Positions 49,611-63,026 of a DNA stretch of 64,000 nucleotides are shown here, one piece after another (position 1 is the first letter of the stretch; every line of letters begins with the position of its first letter). Position numbers and translations under genes: made by a program. The DNA is from Vezdaea acicularis (Eukaryota), in assembly GCA_026025075.1 (NCBI GenBank), contig JAPEUI010000016.1, forward strand, positions 124,001-188,000, written 5' to 3'. The notes beneath the pieces are model-generated. The model ran no database searches, was not told where the DNA came from, and saw nothing but the letters and a program-made list of their open reading frames with translations.

Positions 49611-50903
49611 ATGAAGCTTCCCAGTATATTACCGAAGGTGCAATCATTGCGAGCAGCGCCTAAAAGCTACTCTCATCGCTCATTCACGACTTCAACGGAA
49701 AAACAAGCAACATGGGGCTTCATCGGCCTCGGTCGGATGGGTATGTTCCAATCTGGATCCCTTCTAGGAGACCACAGTCCTCAGACTGACGTGTGTGTAG
49801 GTTACCCGATGGCGCACAACTTACGGTCGAAGATTCCCTTTACAGACTCCCTACTTATTCATGACCTGAATGCCAATGCGACAACGAAGTTCGCCTCCGA
49901 GGAAAAGGGCGTAGAGGTTGCTCCCAACGTGAGAGATGTCGCGGAGAAGTCTGTAGGTAATTACATTCCCTTTCTAGTCCACTATTACTATGTATTCTTC
50001 TTCTGATGAGTATGTTCTATCCATGATCTAAGTTGGGAGTACTTGTGCTCTTGCCGTGATTCAACTAAAAACTACAAAGCCAATCCTCTGAAGATTACCT
50101 AAAGCTAAAGCTGCTTTCGTACTCTTTCGTATTGCTTGAAATGCTGCGTTATAAGTAGCTAACAAGACCCCTAGGAAGTCATTATAACGGTGTTGCCTGA
50201 ACCACAGCATGTTAAGAATGTTTTCCGGCAAGTCCTTAGTCCCCAGCTGCCAAAACTTGCCTCAGGCGAGCGCTTGTTTCTTGACTGTTCAACAATCGAC
50301 CCAACATCGTCTCGCGAGGTTGCTCGCGCCGTGCATGCAATGCATCAAGGCACTTTTATTGATGCCCCAATGTCTGGAGGTGTAGTGGGTGCCAGGGCTG
50401 GCACGTTGACGTTCCTGCTAGGCGCACCAGCTGAGCTTCTCGACCGAATAGATAGCATCCTTTCGATGATGGGAAAAAGAACAATACACTGTGGCGAGCA
50501 GGGTGCCGGATTGTCTGGAAAGCTTGCCAACAACTACCTCCTTGCTATTAGCAACATTGCAACCGCAGAAGCCATGAATCTTGGCATCAAATGGGGCCTC
50601 GATCCGAAGGTCCTTGGGGCCCTTATCAATTCAAGCTCTGGTCGATGTTGGTCGAGTGAAGTCAACAATCCAGTGCCTGAAGTGGTCGAGGGTTCTCCAG
50701 CTTCGAAAGGGTACGATGGCGGGTTTGGAGTGAGCTTGATGAAGAAAGATCTTCTCCTTGCTATTGCTGCAGCAACAGAAGTAGGCGCGAAGTTAGAACT
50801 TCACGAGAAGGCCAGAGAAGTCTATGAAACATTGGAACGCGATGATACCTTCAAAACGAAGGACTTCTCGGTTGTGTATAAATATCTGAGCGAGGCCACG
50901 TAG
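49611..50903 (+). CDS. Mitochondrial 3-hydroxyisobutyrate dehydrogenase; introns 49741-49800 and 49953-50174
   Basis: WGFIGLGRMG|YPMA, DCSTIDP, DAPMSGGVVGA.AGTLTF, KLANNYLL, SSGRCWSS..NNPVP, Y.GGF...LMKKDL and DFSVVY motifs. Confidence 0.93.
50000..50094 (+). ncRNA. Intronic box C/D snoRNA, probably a double guide for LSU rRNA
   Basis: Box C TGATGA 50004-50009, D' ATGA 50023-50026, C' TGATTC 50057-50062, box D CTGA 50088-50091. Guides TGTTCTATC and AGCCAATCCT complement the LSU segments GAUAGAACA and AGGAUUGGCU as I recall them. The host intron is enlarged (222 nt). Confidence 0.8.
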
Positions 50904-51229
50904 GAGCTGGGCAGGGTGTAGTTAGCATTGGAGCGGCCTTTCTAGAAGCTTTATGTCAGCAAGCAGACCCCTTTTTATATTAGTGTTGGTTTGTTAGAGC
51001 ACACAATCCAAAAAACCGTGTATACGAAAGTTTCGAGCTCATATAACTTACGCGATAATGGTGGGGTGTTCATTAAGTGAGGTCATGCCTGATTTTAAAC
51101 TATAACCGAGTCGCGGGGCGCGTCTCCCGAAATCTGGACAAAGAGTCTCGACTCTAGTAGTCACTACGACTGGAATGGTCTACGTACTTTGGGTTTCAGA
51201 AGCTTGTAGAAATCATCTAAATCCCAACC

Positions 51230-54200
51230 ATGGCCTTTATTGCACCTATACATAAGCCGAGCGGAGTCAAACATGCATTGAAATTGAAGTTCTTTGAGCC
51301 TGAGGAAGACTGCTTAATCTTAGCGTAAGTCTCCTTGCAATGGTTTCCCTTTTTCTTCTAGATGCTGACCAAAGTTTAGTAAATCTAATCGGATAGAATT
51401 TCATGAACTTACACGTACTGGGCTCGAGTTAAGGCAATCGACAGCATTGTATGGCAGGGTCACTGCTCTGGCGAAGCTTGAGGTTCAGAATGAGAGCACG
51501 GAGCAGCTCCTCGTGGCGACAAGCCAATTAACCTATTTCACTTTATCCTGGGACCCGAAGAGTAAAAAGGTCAAGTTGGCTCAAGGACCTGTCCATATTA
51601 AACATGCCGATCCGACCCCCTCAGGTCCAGCAGACATCTGCATACTGGATCCTAAAAGAGAAATCTTGGCGTTCACCTTTGTTCAGGGAATATTTACCCT
51701 CATACCGATCGTTAGTGCAAAGCAAAAGTTACGAAAGCTTAAGGGGACTCTCGAGGAACCTGTGTCATCTCGGGTCCCAGAGATACTTGTGAAGTCAACA
51801 GCATTTCTATATGGCATGCCAGACCCGACTATTGCCATAATTTGGGAAGATTCTGATGGGCGCTTGAACGTAAATGCAAAAGCGATTGTGAAAGGACAAG
51901 ACATAGGCTCACTGGACATGAAGAACACGGACATGACAATCACAGGCCTTGAGGTTGGATCTGCTTGTTTGATTCCGGTGCCTGAAACAGAAGGTACCAT
52001 CTGGGCTCATCCTGCTGCCTGACTCTTAACCTGACTTATTTAGGGGGTCTAATCGTACTATGCGAAACTAAGATATTGTATCAAGATATTCGCAATCGCC
52101 GTGTAGAGTTAGTACTTGAAGAATCAGCCGTGTTCTCAGCTTGGACAATGATCGACAAACCTCGATATCTGCTATCTGACGATCACGGAGGTTTATATAT
52201 TCTTCATATCAATTTTGAGGGAACAAGATCAAGGGTTTCTCACCTGGAGATAGTCACGCTTATTGTTTCGAAGCCAATCTTACCAAAAATTCCTTTCGCC
52301 TTGTCGCCAGCTTCTGTGCTTGTCTACTTGGACAATGGCTTTGTGTTTCTTGGCTCTGATCTAGGAGACTCATTGGTGGTAAGGCTGACAGACGATGGAC
52401 AGACCGTTGATGTCATTCAAGCATTCCCTAGCCTTGCACCAATTTTAGACTTCCAGATTATGGATTTGGGAAGGGGAACAGGCGAGCGAGTTAATGCATT
52501 CGATTCGGGACAAGCAAGACTCGTCACAGGCAGTGGTGCATTCGAGATGGGCACCCTCAGAAGCGTTCGGAGTGGGGTTGGCCTTGAGGACTTAGGAATA
52601 CTTGGTGAAATGACGGGAATACGGAGTATTTCTAGACTCGCCTTGAATCCCTCCTCAGACTTCGATGATGTCCTTCTCGTGTCTTTCGCGGAAGAAACAA
52701 GAATATTCTACTTTGGAGAAGAAGGGGAGGTGGAAGAAGTCGAGAAGTATAAAGGCTTAATACCAGACCAGGAAACTCTTCTTGCGGCCAGCTTCTCGAG
52801 CGAACAATTTGTCCAAGTAACCGATTCTGTGGTACAAGTCGTTGACAAGGAAAGCGGTACTGTCACTTCACAATGGTTATCCCCAGCCGGCGCGAAGAGT
52901 ATTACTGCTGCCGCGAGCAATACTGAGTTCCTAGCTCTATGTGTACATGGCACTCACCTGTATACCTTTAATCTAAGGAACGACCTCGAGGTCTTGTCTC
53001 CCAGGGTCTTCACTAAAGGACAGGAGATAACGTGCATACACATTCCTCCATTCAGGTCTCAAATATGCGCGGTCGGCTTCTGGGATGGCGGAGTCGCAAT
53101 TCTTCAGTTAGAAACGCTTGAGCTAGAATATACGGAGGTGATTGATCCGGAAAATGGGGCTTCCCCGCGTGCACTGTTGTTTGCGCAGCTTCTCGAGAAT
53201 GAATCCCCGACTCTACTCGTTTCAATGGCTGATGGCGTTGTGGTTACTTTCGCCTTCGACGTGGATACATCTACACTTTCTGATCGACGAACCACGATCC
53301 TAGGCACAGAACCCGCACGACTTCAGCTCCTGCCCTACAAAAGCGGTTTAGATCACGTGCTTGCGACCTGCGATCTTCCAAGTCTTATTTACGGCGAAGA
53401 GGGAAGGATTATTTACTCTGCTATCACAGCTGAGAGTGCGCTCTGTGTCTGCCCATTCAACGCGGAATCGTACCCTCAATCAGTGGTCATCGCAACGAAA
53501 GAAGATCTGAAAATCGCCCTTATAGACAGCAAACGAAAGACCCACGTACAAACTACGCCCTTCGGACAAATGGTTCGACGTATCGCGCACTCAAGCCAAG
53601 ATTCTAGTTTCGCGCTGGGAATAGTCAGCAGAATAGTCGAAAACAGCGAGGAATCTTATCCGAGCCAAGTTAAACTTGTTGATGGAGTCACATTTGAGAC
53701 TCTTGATGTATGCGACCTTGATGTAGAAGAGCTTATAGAATGTGTGGTCAATTGTTCAGTTGAGAAGGTCCTGCTCAACGGCAATACAGAGGTTATCGAA
53801 TGCGTCCTGGTAGGGATTGGTTCTGTGGATAAGGTGAAGAAAGGAGGCAGGATAATAGCCTTCAAGACGACACCAGATCGGAAGTTAGCAAGAATAGCTC
53901 AAGTTTCAGTCAAGGGAACATGCCGATGTCTCTGCACCTATAGGGGCAGAGTAGTGGCTGCACTGGACAGATCGGTGAGGCCTCCCCCATTTCACTTAGG
54001 TTTCTCATGCTGAAATCAGGATAGGTGGTTATATATCGCCTCCATGATGAGCACCCTGAGGGCACGCTAGAGAAACTCGCATCATATCGCACTTCGAATC
54101 TGCCCATAAGCCTGGTGGTCACACCATCACTCATAGGCGTCACAGACATAATGAAGAGCATGTCTCTTCTCTGCTACGAACCTGGGAAAGACGGCGAGCC

Positions 54201-54839
54201 TGATAAGCTTACTGAAGTTGCTCGTCATTTTGAAGCTCTTTGGTCTACTGCCGCTACCTACGTGGGGGACGACAGTTATTTAGAAAGTGATGACCAGGGA
54301 AACTTGGTAATCTTAAGACAGAACAAAGCTGGAGTCACCGCAGACGACAGAAGAAGACTCGAAGTTACTTCGGAGTTCAACCTGGGTGAGATGGTTAACA
54401 TCATGCGGTCGTTTGAAGTGAATGCTTCACCGGAAGACTCGAAAAGTCCAATCTCACCGCGCGCTTTCCTTGGTACAGTGAGTAATTCCTTCTGCTGCTT
54501 TCGCAAATCTATGGACATTAGGGAGTGACTTTGAACTAGGCTGAGGGCTCCATATATCTCTTTGGCTTCATTCAGCCCTCAATGACCAATTTCCTCATCA
54601 CGCTTCAGAGTCTGATGGCCGAAAAGGTCCAGACTCTTGGAGACCTAGAATTCAACAAATATCGAGCATTCAGGACCAAGGTCCGACAGGAAGAAGAACC
54701 CCGTCGATTCGTGGATGGCGAATTTCTTGAGACGTTCCTCAACTTGAGCCGGGCGCAACAGGAGGAGTTAGTCGAAGTACTAGACAAGGATTTGGATGCA
54801 GTCATTGCTATCATAGAGAGTTTACGGCGTTTGCATTGA
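51230..54839 (+). CDS. DDB1: DNA damage-binding protein 1 (CUL4 adaptor, triple beta-propeller), 4 introns
   Basis: MAFIAPIHKPSGV, LVYLDNGFVFLGS..GDS, LAPILDF, LVTGSGAF..GTLRSVRSGVG, IYSAI, FNAESYP, D.MKSMSLL, F.LGEMVN and RFVDGEFLETFL motifs. Confidence 0.93.
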
Positions 54840-55745
54840 ACGTCCCAGGGCTACGGATGCGTCACGAAATTCTTGCTCATGTAGGATAAGGCCTCGTAAA
54901 AAGCTCTTAAATGATAGACGCTACGCACTGGTCTCGTATGATAGTAACGGGCCAGTTCTCGGCTTATTTGACAGCCTAGACGGAGGCTGGGATCTTTATT
55001 GACAGGATAAACATGCACAATCATGGCCATGTGCACGACCTACGTCAATCAAGCGTGTTGCTCATATGGATATCGCATGCAGTCATTCCTGCCTATTGTA
55101 GTCTGACTTGCGCCTAGAATCGTCCGGGCTTGTGCTAAGCGACAATGCCTAAGCCCAGAATAGTTTAAGCGCGGAACCAGTGGCTTTCCGTTTCGTGGAA
55201 GGAAACAAAGGACTTCGAGCTTCGCGAGAGCCTCAAGTCATTGTTATTGCAAACGTCAGATAACCTCTTCTTTGATCACCGCACGTGTTCTGTAATCCAT
55301 CTCGTAGCCTGGACCTTGCAGACCCATGCCCTACAACAAACCCAGGACAGAGACAAAGAAATCTCCTCGCCTTATATGTCAGAGCCCATTTTTGCGCGCT
55401 CTCCCCCGAGCAGATCGTCAACCTCAATTTTGCGCGTTTCATCACCAAATCCTCAACACGATTATTTTGCATGGCGAAGGAAACACAATAGGTTACGGTG
55501 GCAGTAAATATTCTGCTACAATAGCTGCGCGCCTCAATAAGCATTGTGTTGAGGAACAATAGCCCAATTGGAGGGGGTAGAGAATTTTTGAATGAGTACG
55601 TCGTGGACAATAGGATAGAGCTTCAACACTCAACACGAGTTTGTGTTCGTGTAATCGAACACACCAGCCCTCGGAAGACTATAAATTCCCACCTCGCCTC
55701 CCTTCTCCTCTCCTTCTCTATTCAACCATTTCACTTACTTCTCGA

Positions 55746-55908
55746 GATCGATTGCCAATCTTCTTTCAAGCTCTTCAATCCTGACTGCTCTTGATTTTAC
55801 TCATCAGAGAATTATCTGACTGATCAATTGTCAATCTCCTTTCAAGCCCTCTGATTTTGACTGCTCTTGACCCTATTTGTCAGAGAATCATTTGACTGAT
55901 CGATCGCC
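55746..55908. repeat. 76-bp direct tandem repeat (55746-55821, 55822-55897, partial third copy) with RIP-like divergence
   Basis: Ungapped alignment by hand gives 17 mismatches, all C/T or G/A transitions. Confidence 0.85.
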
Positions 55909-56095
55909 TCAATCATAATTGTCTGTTCATCTTTCCAAGTATCTTAAAGCAGTCAGCAACAGCTTGCTAATTGTGCTCTGCGAATAGGCTCTGTCACCCG
56001 ACTTCTACTCATCCTCCCACGCTCTTGTTGGGAATCTCGACACACCTCTCTACCTACCACCTACCACCTAACTCAAACTTAAGACTTGTGAAAAG

Positions 56096-58219
56096 ATGCC
56101 TACCACACGCTCAGTGACCCGATCCCAACGTGGCGGCTCTCGAGACACGTCGCCAGCGCCAGCGCCGGCTCCTCGTCGTCCTAGGGCCACGAAGACACCG
56201 TCGCGTGCCTCGAGAGCTCCATCGCGGACATCAAGGGTCGCTGCACCGGAGACGATCCGTGAGGACGTCAACGGTGAAGGGAAGAAAGATGGGGACGCCC
56301 AGGGAGACGTTGGCCCTTTGGGGTCAATACAAGCGTATTCGTACGGATCTCCTTCGGCGTTCATGGCAAGGAATGTGTTCTCACATTCCGATGAGGAGGA
56401 AGCCGCTGGCGATATGCTGGCGAGATACATGGAGGAGGATGTGAACGACTTCCCTGCTCCAGCAGCAGGAGAAATTTTCGAGGAGGAGCGGCCGGTGACT
56501 CCAGAGGAGAGCCGACCACGCCTTCTTCCAGCGAGAGAACGTAAGCAGAATTCTTTCATCCTCATTTACATTCTCGCTGACCTGGATGAAGTAGCTGCAG
56601 CGATGAGTAATGCGCAACGATTACTCAAGTCAAGATCGTCGCAACCCGGAATCGCTGGAGAAGGCGATCAGAGCAACGGGGCCAGTGGTGCAAGACCACG
56701 GCCTCGCCTCCAACAACATATTGTTGGGTATTGGAATGTGCTCCTTTGGTTCTTTTTCGGACTGTTGTTCTTGTTCCTCGGCTTTTACGACAGAATGTCA
56801 TCTGGGTACCCGGCCGCGCCAAGTCTGCACCTTCCCATCCCACGCAACTCCACGTGGAATCTGTCTCCGAGGGGTTTGGCTCAAGACTTTGTCAGGGACA
56901 TTCACAATCGGGTCTCACGGATCGAGCATGAGCTCTTTTCGCTGCAGGCACAACAAGGTCTTGACCATGCGACGATCAAAATCCTTCAGTCAACCCTCCC
57001 CGAAAAGATCGCTGTCACCAAGGACAAAGATGGAAAGGTCAAACTGCCAGCTGACTTCTGGAATGCGCTCATGTCAAAGCTCGAGGCAGACGCATCAAAT
57101 GACGGATATCTCATCAAACGGGAAGATGTTCAATCGGTCGTTCGTGCTGAATGGGACAATTTCATAAAGGTCAACGACGCCAGGATCGAGGCACACATGA
57201 ACAAGTCAAATGTCGAAGGCCGGCAAGACGAATGGAAGAAGCTGATGCACAACAACCACATCCTGAGTTCGGAACAGGTCACCAGTCTTCTGTCCAAGCA
57301 ATACGATGCGCTCTCGCTCGAAATCGAGAAGATCAGCCGAGACATCGAAACCAAGCATCGTCTCCTAGCCCAGAACTTCGAACGCGATGCTTCTCGAGTG
57401 GCTAAGAAAGTCGTGCAGTCCGTCACTGGCGTCTACAAACACCAGCTGCCTAGAGCACAATTGGACGCATTCATGCAAGCTCAGGCAAGGCATGCTGCTT
57501 TTGACGCTTTCAAGCAGGTCAACTTCTTCTCTCCCCGTGGCGGTGCATACATCAACCCTCACCTTACGTCACCGATCGCTCTGAACCCCGGCTCAACATG
57601 GCTTCGTGAAGCCTTGCAGAAAGTCATCGGGGTCATTCAGCCTGTGCCGCTGCCTCCTCTCGCGGCTCTCTCTCCGTGGGCCGACGCTGGTGATTGCTGG
57701 TGCACTGAACCCAGGGACGGCACGGTCAAACAACTTGGCATCACCCTCGACTCTACCATCTTTCCGACCTCCATAACCATCGAACATATCCCTAAAGCTG
57801 CTACCCTCAATCCAGGCGCAACTCCGCGGGATATCGAATTATGGGCAAAGGTCGTGGATCCAGAGGCTCGTGAGCAAGTAAGACGTGCATCCGACCAGAT
57901 CTATGGCCCCGATACGGATGACACGCATTACAAAAACAGGCTCACATACGATTGGGTGCGTATTTCGAAATTCAGATACGACATCCATTCTCCCTACCAT
58001 GTGCAGACATTTGACATGGTCGGCGATCTCGCCCGGTTCAAGGCTGCCACGAATGAGTTTGCCATTCGCCCTGTGAGCAACTGGGGCAAGGATGTGGGCC
58101 ACACCTGTCTGTATCGTGCTAGGTTACAGGGCGATCTTGTTACGGAGGCTGACAGGCATGACTGGCCCTATCGCATCTTTGTTGAGGATGAGCTCGTTGA
58201 TGGAGATCCCTTGGCTTGA
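56096..58219 (+). CDS. SUN-domain (Sad1/UNC-84/Mps3-like) nuclear envelope protein; probable in-frame intron 56541-56594
   Basis: Basic disordered N-terminus, TM WNVLLWFFFGLLFLFLGFY, coiled coil, then VNFFS...GA, GDCWC, ITIEHIP, PRDIELW and SNWG...HTCLYR.RL.G. Confidence 0.9.
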   Translation: MPTTRSVTRSQRGGSRDTSPAPAPAPRRPRATKTPSRASRAPSRTSRVAAPETIREDVNGEGKKDGDAQGDVGPLGSIQAYSYGSPSAFMARNVFSHSDEEEAAGDMLARYMEEDVNDFPAPAAGEIFEEERPVTPEESRPRLLPARERKQNSFILIYILADLDEVAAAMSNAQRLLKSRSSQPGIAGEGDQSNGASGARPRPRLQQHIVGYWNVLLWFFFGLLFLFLGFYDRMSSGYPAAPSLHLPIPRNSTWNLSPRGLAQDFVRDIHNRVSRIEHELFSLQAQQGLDHATIKILQSTLPEKIAVTKDKDGKVKLPADFWNALMSKLEADASNDGYLIKREDVQSVVRAEWDNFIKVNDARIEAHMNKSNVEGRQDEWKKLMHNNHILSSEQVTSLLSKQYDALSLEIEKISRDIETKHRLLAQNFERDASRVAKKVVQSVTGVYKHQLPRAQLDAFMQAQARHAAFDAFKQVNFFSPRGGAYINPHLTSPIALNPGSTWLREALQKVIGVIQPVPLPPLAALSPWADAGDCWCTEPRDGTVKQLGITLDSTIFPTSITIEHIPKAATLNPGATPRDIELWAKVVDPEAREQVRRASDQIYGPDTDDTHYKNRLTYDWVRISKFRYDIHSPYHVQTFDMVGDLARFKAATNEFAIRPVSNWGKDVGHTCLYRARLQGDLVTEADRHDWPYRIFVEDELVDGDPLA

Positions 58220-59077
58220 ATATTCTCACATCAGCATTTGCATGAAGGTTACGAGCAACCGCAGGCGGGATAGTGATGATTAGGGGGATTTCTCTCAGTT
58301 GCGATCGTGTATTGGATCATTTGATTTCTTGAATGGCGTTTGGGCAGGAGGAGGTCTCCAGATACCCGGTATTGCATTTGACACCGGTGTGACGGCATTT
58401 GTCTTTAGAGACTTGCATGAAAGCTTTTCTTGTACAATTTTAATTTTTCTCCCTGCTCAAGTTGAGCAGATGCTTGAGATCTACTGTCTTGAAGAATATT
58501 TGCAATCGTGACTCGTTCGTTGTACAAGCAGCTCTGCCACTATCTAGAGCGGACTTCAAAAGCCAAGGGCCCCAATCTCTAGAGATAGTTCTCTAGGCTG
58601 CAAGGTCGTTGGTGCGAACGCCCGGGTACGGGCTCTAGTGATAGTTGACATGGACTTTAGGCATCGGCTAGGCGATCCGACGCCTGAAGCGACCAAGCAG
58701 GAGCCCTGGAGGCGCTTATAGGGGTCTCTCAAGCTAAGGAAAGGCGGGTTTGGTAAGGAGCATGTTCAAGACTTGTTGCGTCAGCCTCCATCAAAGCTAG
58801 TAAACATGACCCAAGACCGAATCACTCCTAATTTCTTCAATGTTGAATAGGCCTAATGGACATGTCATCTCAGTAACTGAATGAATTAAACTTTGTGGAT
58901 CTCATTGGGCAACTTCGGTTGGGCAGGAGTGAAATCCTGTGTTTTGGCAGTGACGTTACCCACTGGGCAGAAGCGACCCCGCCAAAACCACCTCAAAAGG
59001 TGGGATGCCCCAAACCCCCCTCTAAAAAGTAGACCCAACCTTGGTTGACTTCAACAGCTCTCGACTAGACTGGAAAT

Positions 59078-60411
<1,334 letters not shown>

Positions 60412-60719
60412 AGTGGCAAGCGAACGATTTCGTCTGGTGTTCCTAAAGTAGAAGAAGAGGAGTTTCGTTCCCGATTACTAGAAATCTTCGAGCATGGCAA
60501 ACTGTTTGGGGCATACATCTAGAGCATACGGAGTTGCTCTTCGCACCGCATTAAAAAGTTGCGCATAATAGATATGTCGATGGTGATGACGAAGCTTTGA
60601 AAACCAGGCTATTCATTCAAAAATTGAGACTACAGAGTTACGCCAATTATTCGTCCTAAACACCAAAGCCTACCAGTTTATCCCCCTTATCTCAACTTCG
60701 TTCTGGCTGCAAATCAGCC

Positions 60720-61294
60720 CTAATCATGCCTCTGCACCTTATTATCCCCTTTCACAGCATCCGCATAGCTAGGCGGCACACCGTCCCCGACACCCTCTCC
60801 CGAACTCGGTCCCGCGGCTGGCGCACTCGCAAGCCCCGACTCCAGATCTGCCGGTCTCCGCGTCGCCGGCGCCACCGTCCCATAATTCCGTTGTTCCTGC
60901 GGCGGCTGCTGGCTCTGGTTGGGCATGACTGGCCTGTTGCTCACGTAGTAGTACGTGATACCCCCGCGATTCTCGGGGTCGGGGTTGAGCTGCACGTAGT
61001 CGCTCTCTTCAGGGTAGCGCGCGATGATGTACCAGGCGTGCAGAAGGCCGGGGATGAAGCCGAGGCAGCAGAGTGCGATGTTGATCAGGGAGTCGACACT
61101 GCAGATGCCGCGTTTCACCCATACTGTGGGGTAGAGTGTGTTAGTATACAGCTTCGTGGGTATGGAGGAGGGGGGGGGATTGGAGGATGGTAAGGGGATG
61201 CCTTGGGGTGGAGATGGAGGACCGGTGGGGCCTTACCTGCGAGTGGCGGGAAGAGGATGGCTAAAAGGCCGAGGAAGATGTCTGAGGTGCACAT
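60720..61294 (-). CDS. Pmp3/Sna (RCI2) family proteolipid with a C-terminal PPSY motif, 1 intron
   Basis: MCTSDIFLGLLAILFPPLA|VWVKRGICSVDSLINIALCCLGFIPGLLHAWYII; PPSY is an Rsp5-type binding motif. Confidence 0.9.
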
Positions 61295-61670
61295 GGCGAG
61301 ATGGTGACTTTTATTTGTTCACGCAAGGGAAGGTTTGATGGTATATGTGACGAGGTGTTTGGAGAAAGTGTGAGAATTCTTGATGTTGGAAGAGAATGGC
61401 TCGTGAGTCTACCATCGGGCTATGGCGAGATACGTGAGTGGACTTGGTTGTCGGAGCTTGCCGGTGTCGTAAGCCCGGCGGAGCTAACGCTTTACAGCGG
61501 GATGCAGGTACGGGGGTTTATAGCCAATCAGTAAGAATAAACACGTTATCCCAAGGCCTCGAAACCATTGATATACCGTAATCTTGGGGCAATATAGGTT
61601 GTGCTTTTGCATATGTAATCTACCAAAGTCATTTGTCCCAGTAAGGATGAGCAAATGACGTCACCAGGTC

Positions 61671-62789
61671 TCAGTCTCTTTGCGCTGAGGATGCTTCCTT
61701 CAGCGGCAGAAACACATCCGTCCACAGCTCACTTGCTTCTCCAATGAAGTAGGTTAGACTGACGTCCGCCATTCCGCTCTCGTCCCTACCAGCCATTCTT
61801 TCAAGCTGTGAGATGATGTTATCTAGCCCTAAAGCTTTGCCAGTCGCTTGGGTGGCACCGGCTTCCAGAGCCACATGGACCACGTGAACATGGAAATGGT
61901 AGTAAGTTGGTTGGTCTCAAACAAAATATGTTAGCCGGAGGACTGCCAGAGGACAAGTGGAGAACTTTACAGTGAACATAGAGTTTCAACTGGTCTCTTT
62001 CTAATTCAGGGTACATTTTGATGGTGGCATCCATGATTTTGGTGTGCATGTGCTTCAACCAACCGATATGCTTCTTCTTCAGGTCCCTGACTGACCAGAT
62101 ATCTCTCCTTTCCATGAGACCAAGCAAGTGTAGGCTTGTCATGGTTTTACGATCCCAATTGCTATTTCAGACTGTCAGCAAGGCTTTAAACATGCAGTCA
62201 ACTTCAACCCACAGATCAGGCAGCACAAGGAACCCTTCTTCCCCTGTCTCCTTGTACAAGACATCTTCCTGTTCGGTCCTACCCTCAATGATGTTCCAAA
62301 CCCAGTTGAGTCTCCCTTCCTCTCTCTTTCGCTGCATGTAAGGCCGTATGTTGGAAGCATAGGTCTGAGGTGTCTCCGTAACCATACGGGTACCCTGTCT
62401 TGAGTACTTCTTAACATGCGCGTCCGTGCAAGGGAAGATAAGATTGAGTTTAATGTCAGGACATTGCGGAGCTGGCCGGGAAGATGCTAGATACCATCTA
62501 TATATATCATTGTCGCCTAGATTGCGGACATGCAGAAGAGATTCTGGGAGGGCAGCGAGATCTTCTCGGGATGTTGGAAACGCTGTTCGCTCCGCGATCA
62601 GAATAGCAGGCTTCTCGGATATCGATCCATATAAAACTATACGCAGATCGCCTCGATCTACTCCACTTATTAGTCATCGTTCTGGCGTTAGATGCCTGTT
62701 TGCAACTAGTTGTCACCTTGATTTAAAATTTTGTCAAGTTTGAACAGCGGTACCAGGCTGAGGCTCTCTGGTAGCTCTTTAGTATCCAT
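61671..62789 (-). CDS. DCS1: m7GpppX scavenger decapping enzyme (DcpS, HIT family), multi-exon
   Basis: NDIY.W, KLNLIFPCT..HVKKYS.Q, WV.NIIEG..E, GF..LPDL|WD, S.RDL...H and LYVH|YQPTYYHFHVHVV HIT motif. Confidence 0.93.
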
Positions 62790-63026
62790 TGAGATAGTCT
62801 GAATGGTAACTTTTTCCGGATCCAATAAGTGTTCGAGACGGACAGTACTAACACGAATGGTTCTGTAAGAATACAATGCAGCGCTAGATCTTCTTTTTTG
62901 AAAATGCTACGGTCACCTGTGCGCAGAATTGCGCAGCTGTCAAACGAATTTGAATGATCTATGACGATGCTTTATGCGCCCAGCCGATGCAGCAGATTAT
63001 GTTTACAGTGGGTCCAGACGCCTTGC

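Noticed and set aside
50000..50094. Naming the snoRNA snR62/U34
   Set aside because: Those guide the U in AAUGUAG (Um1888); the guides here point to different, neighbouring sites.
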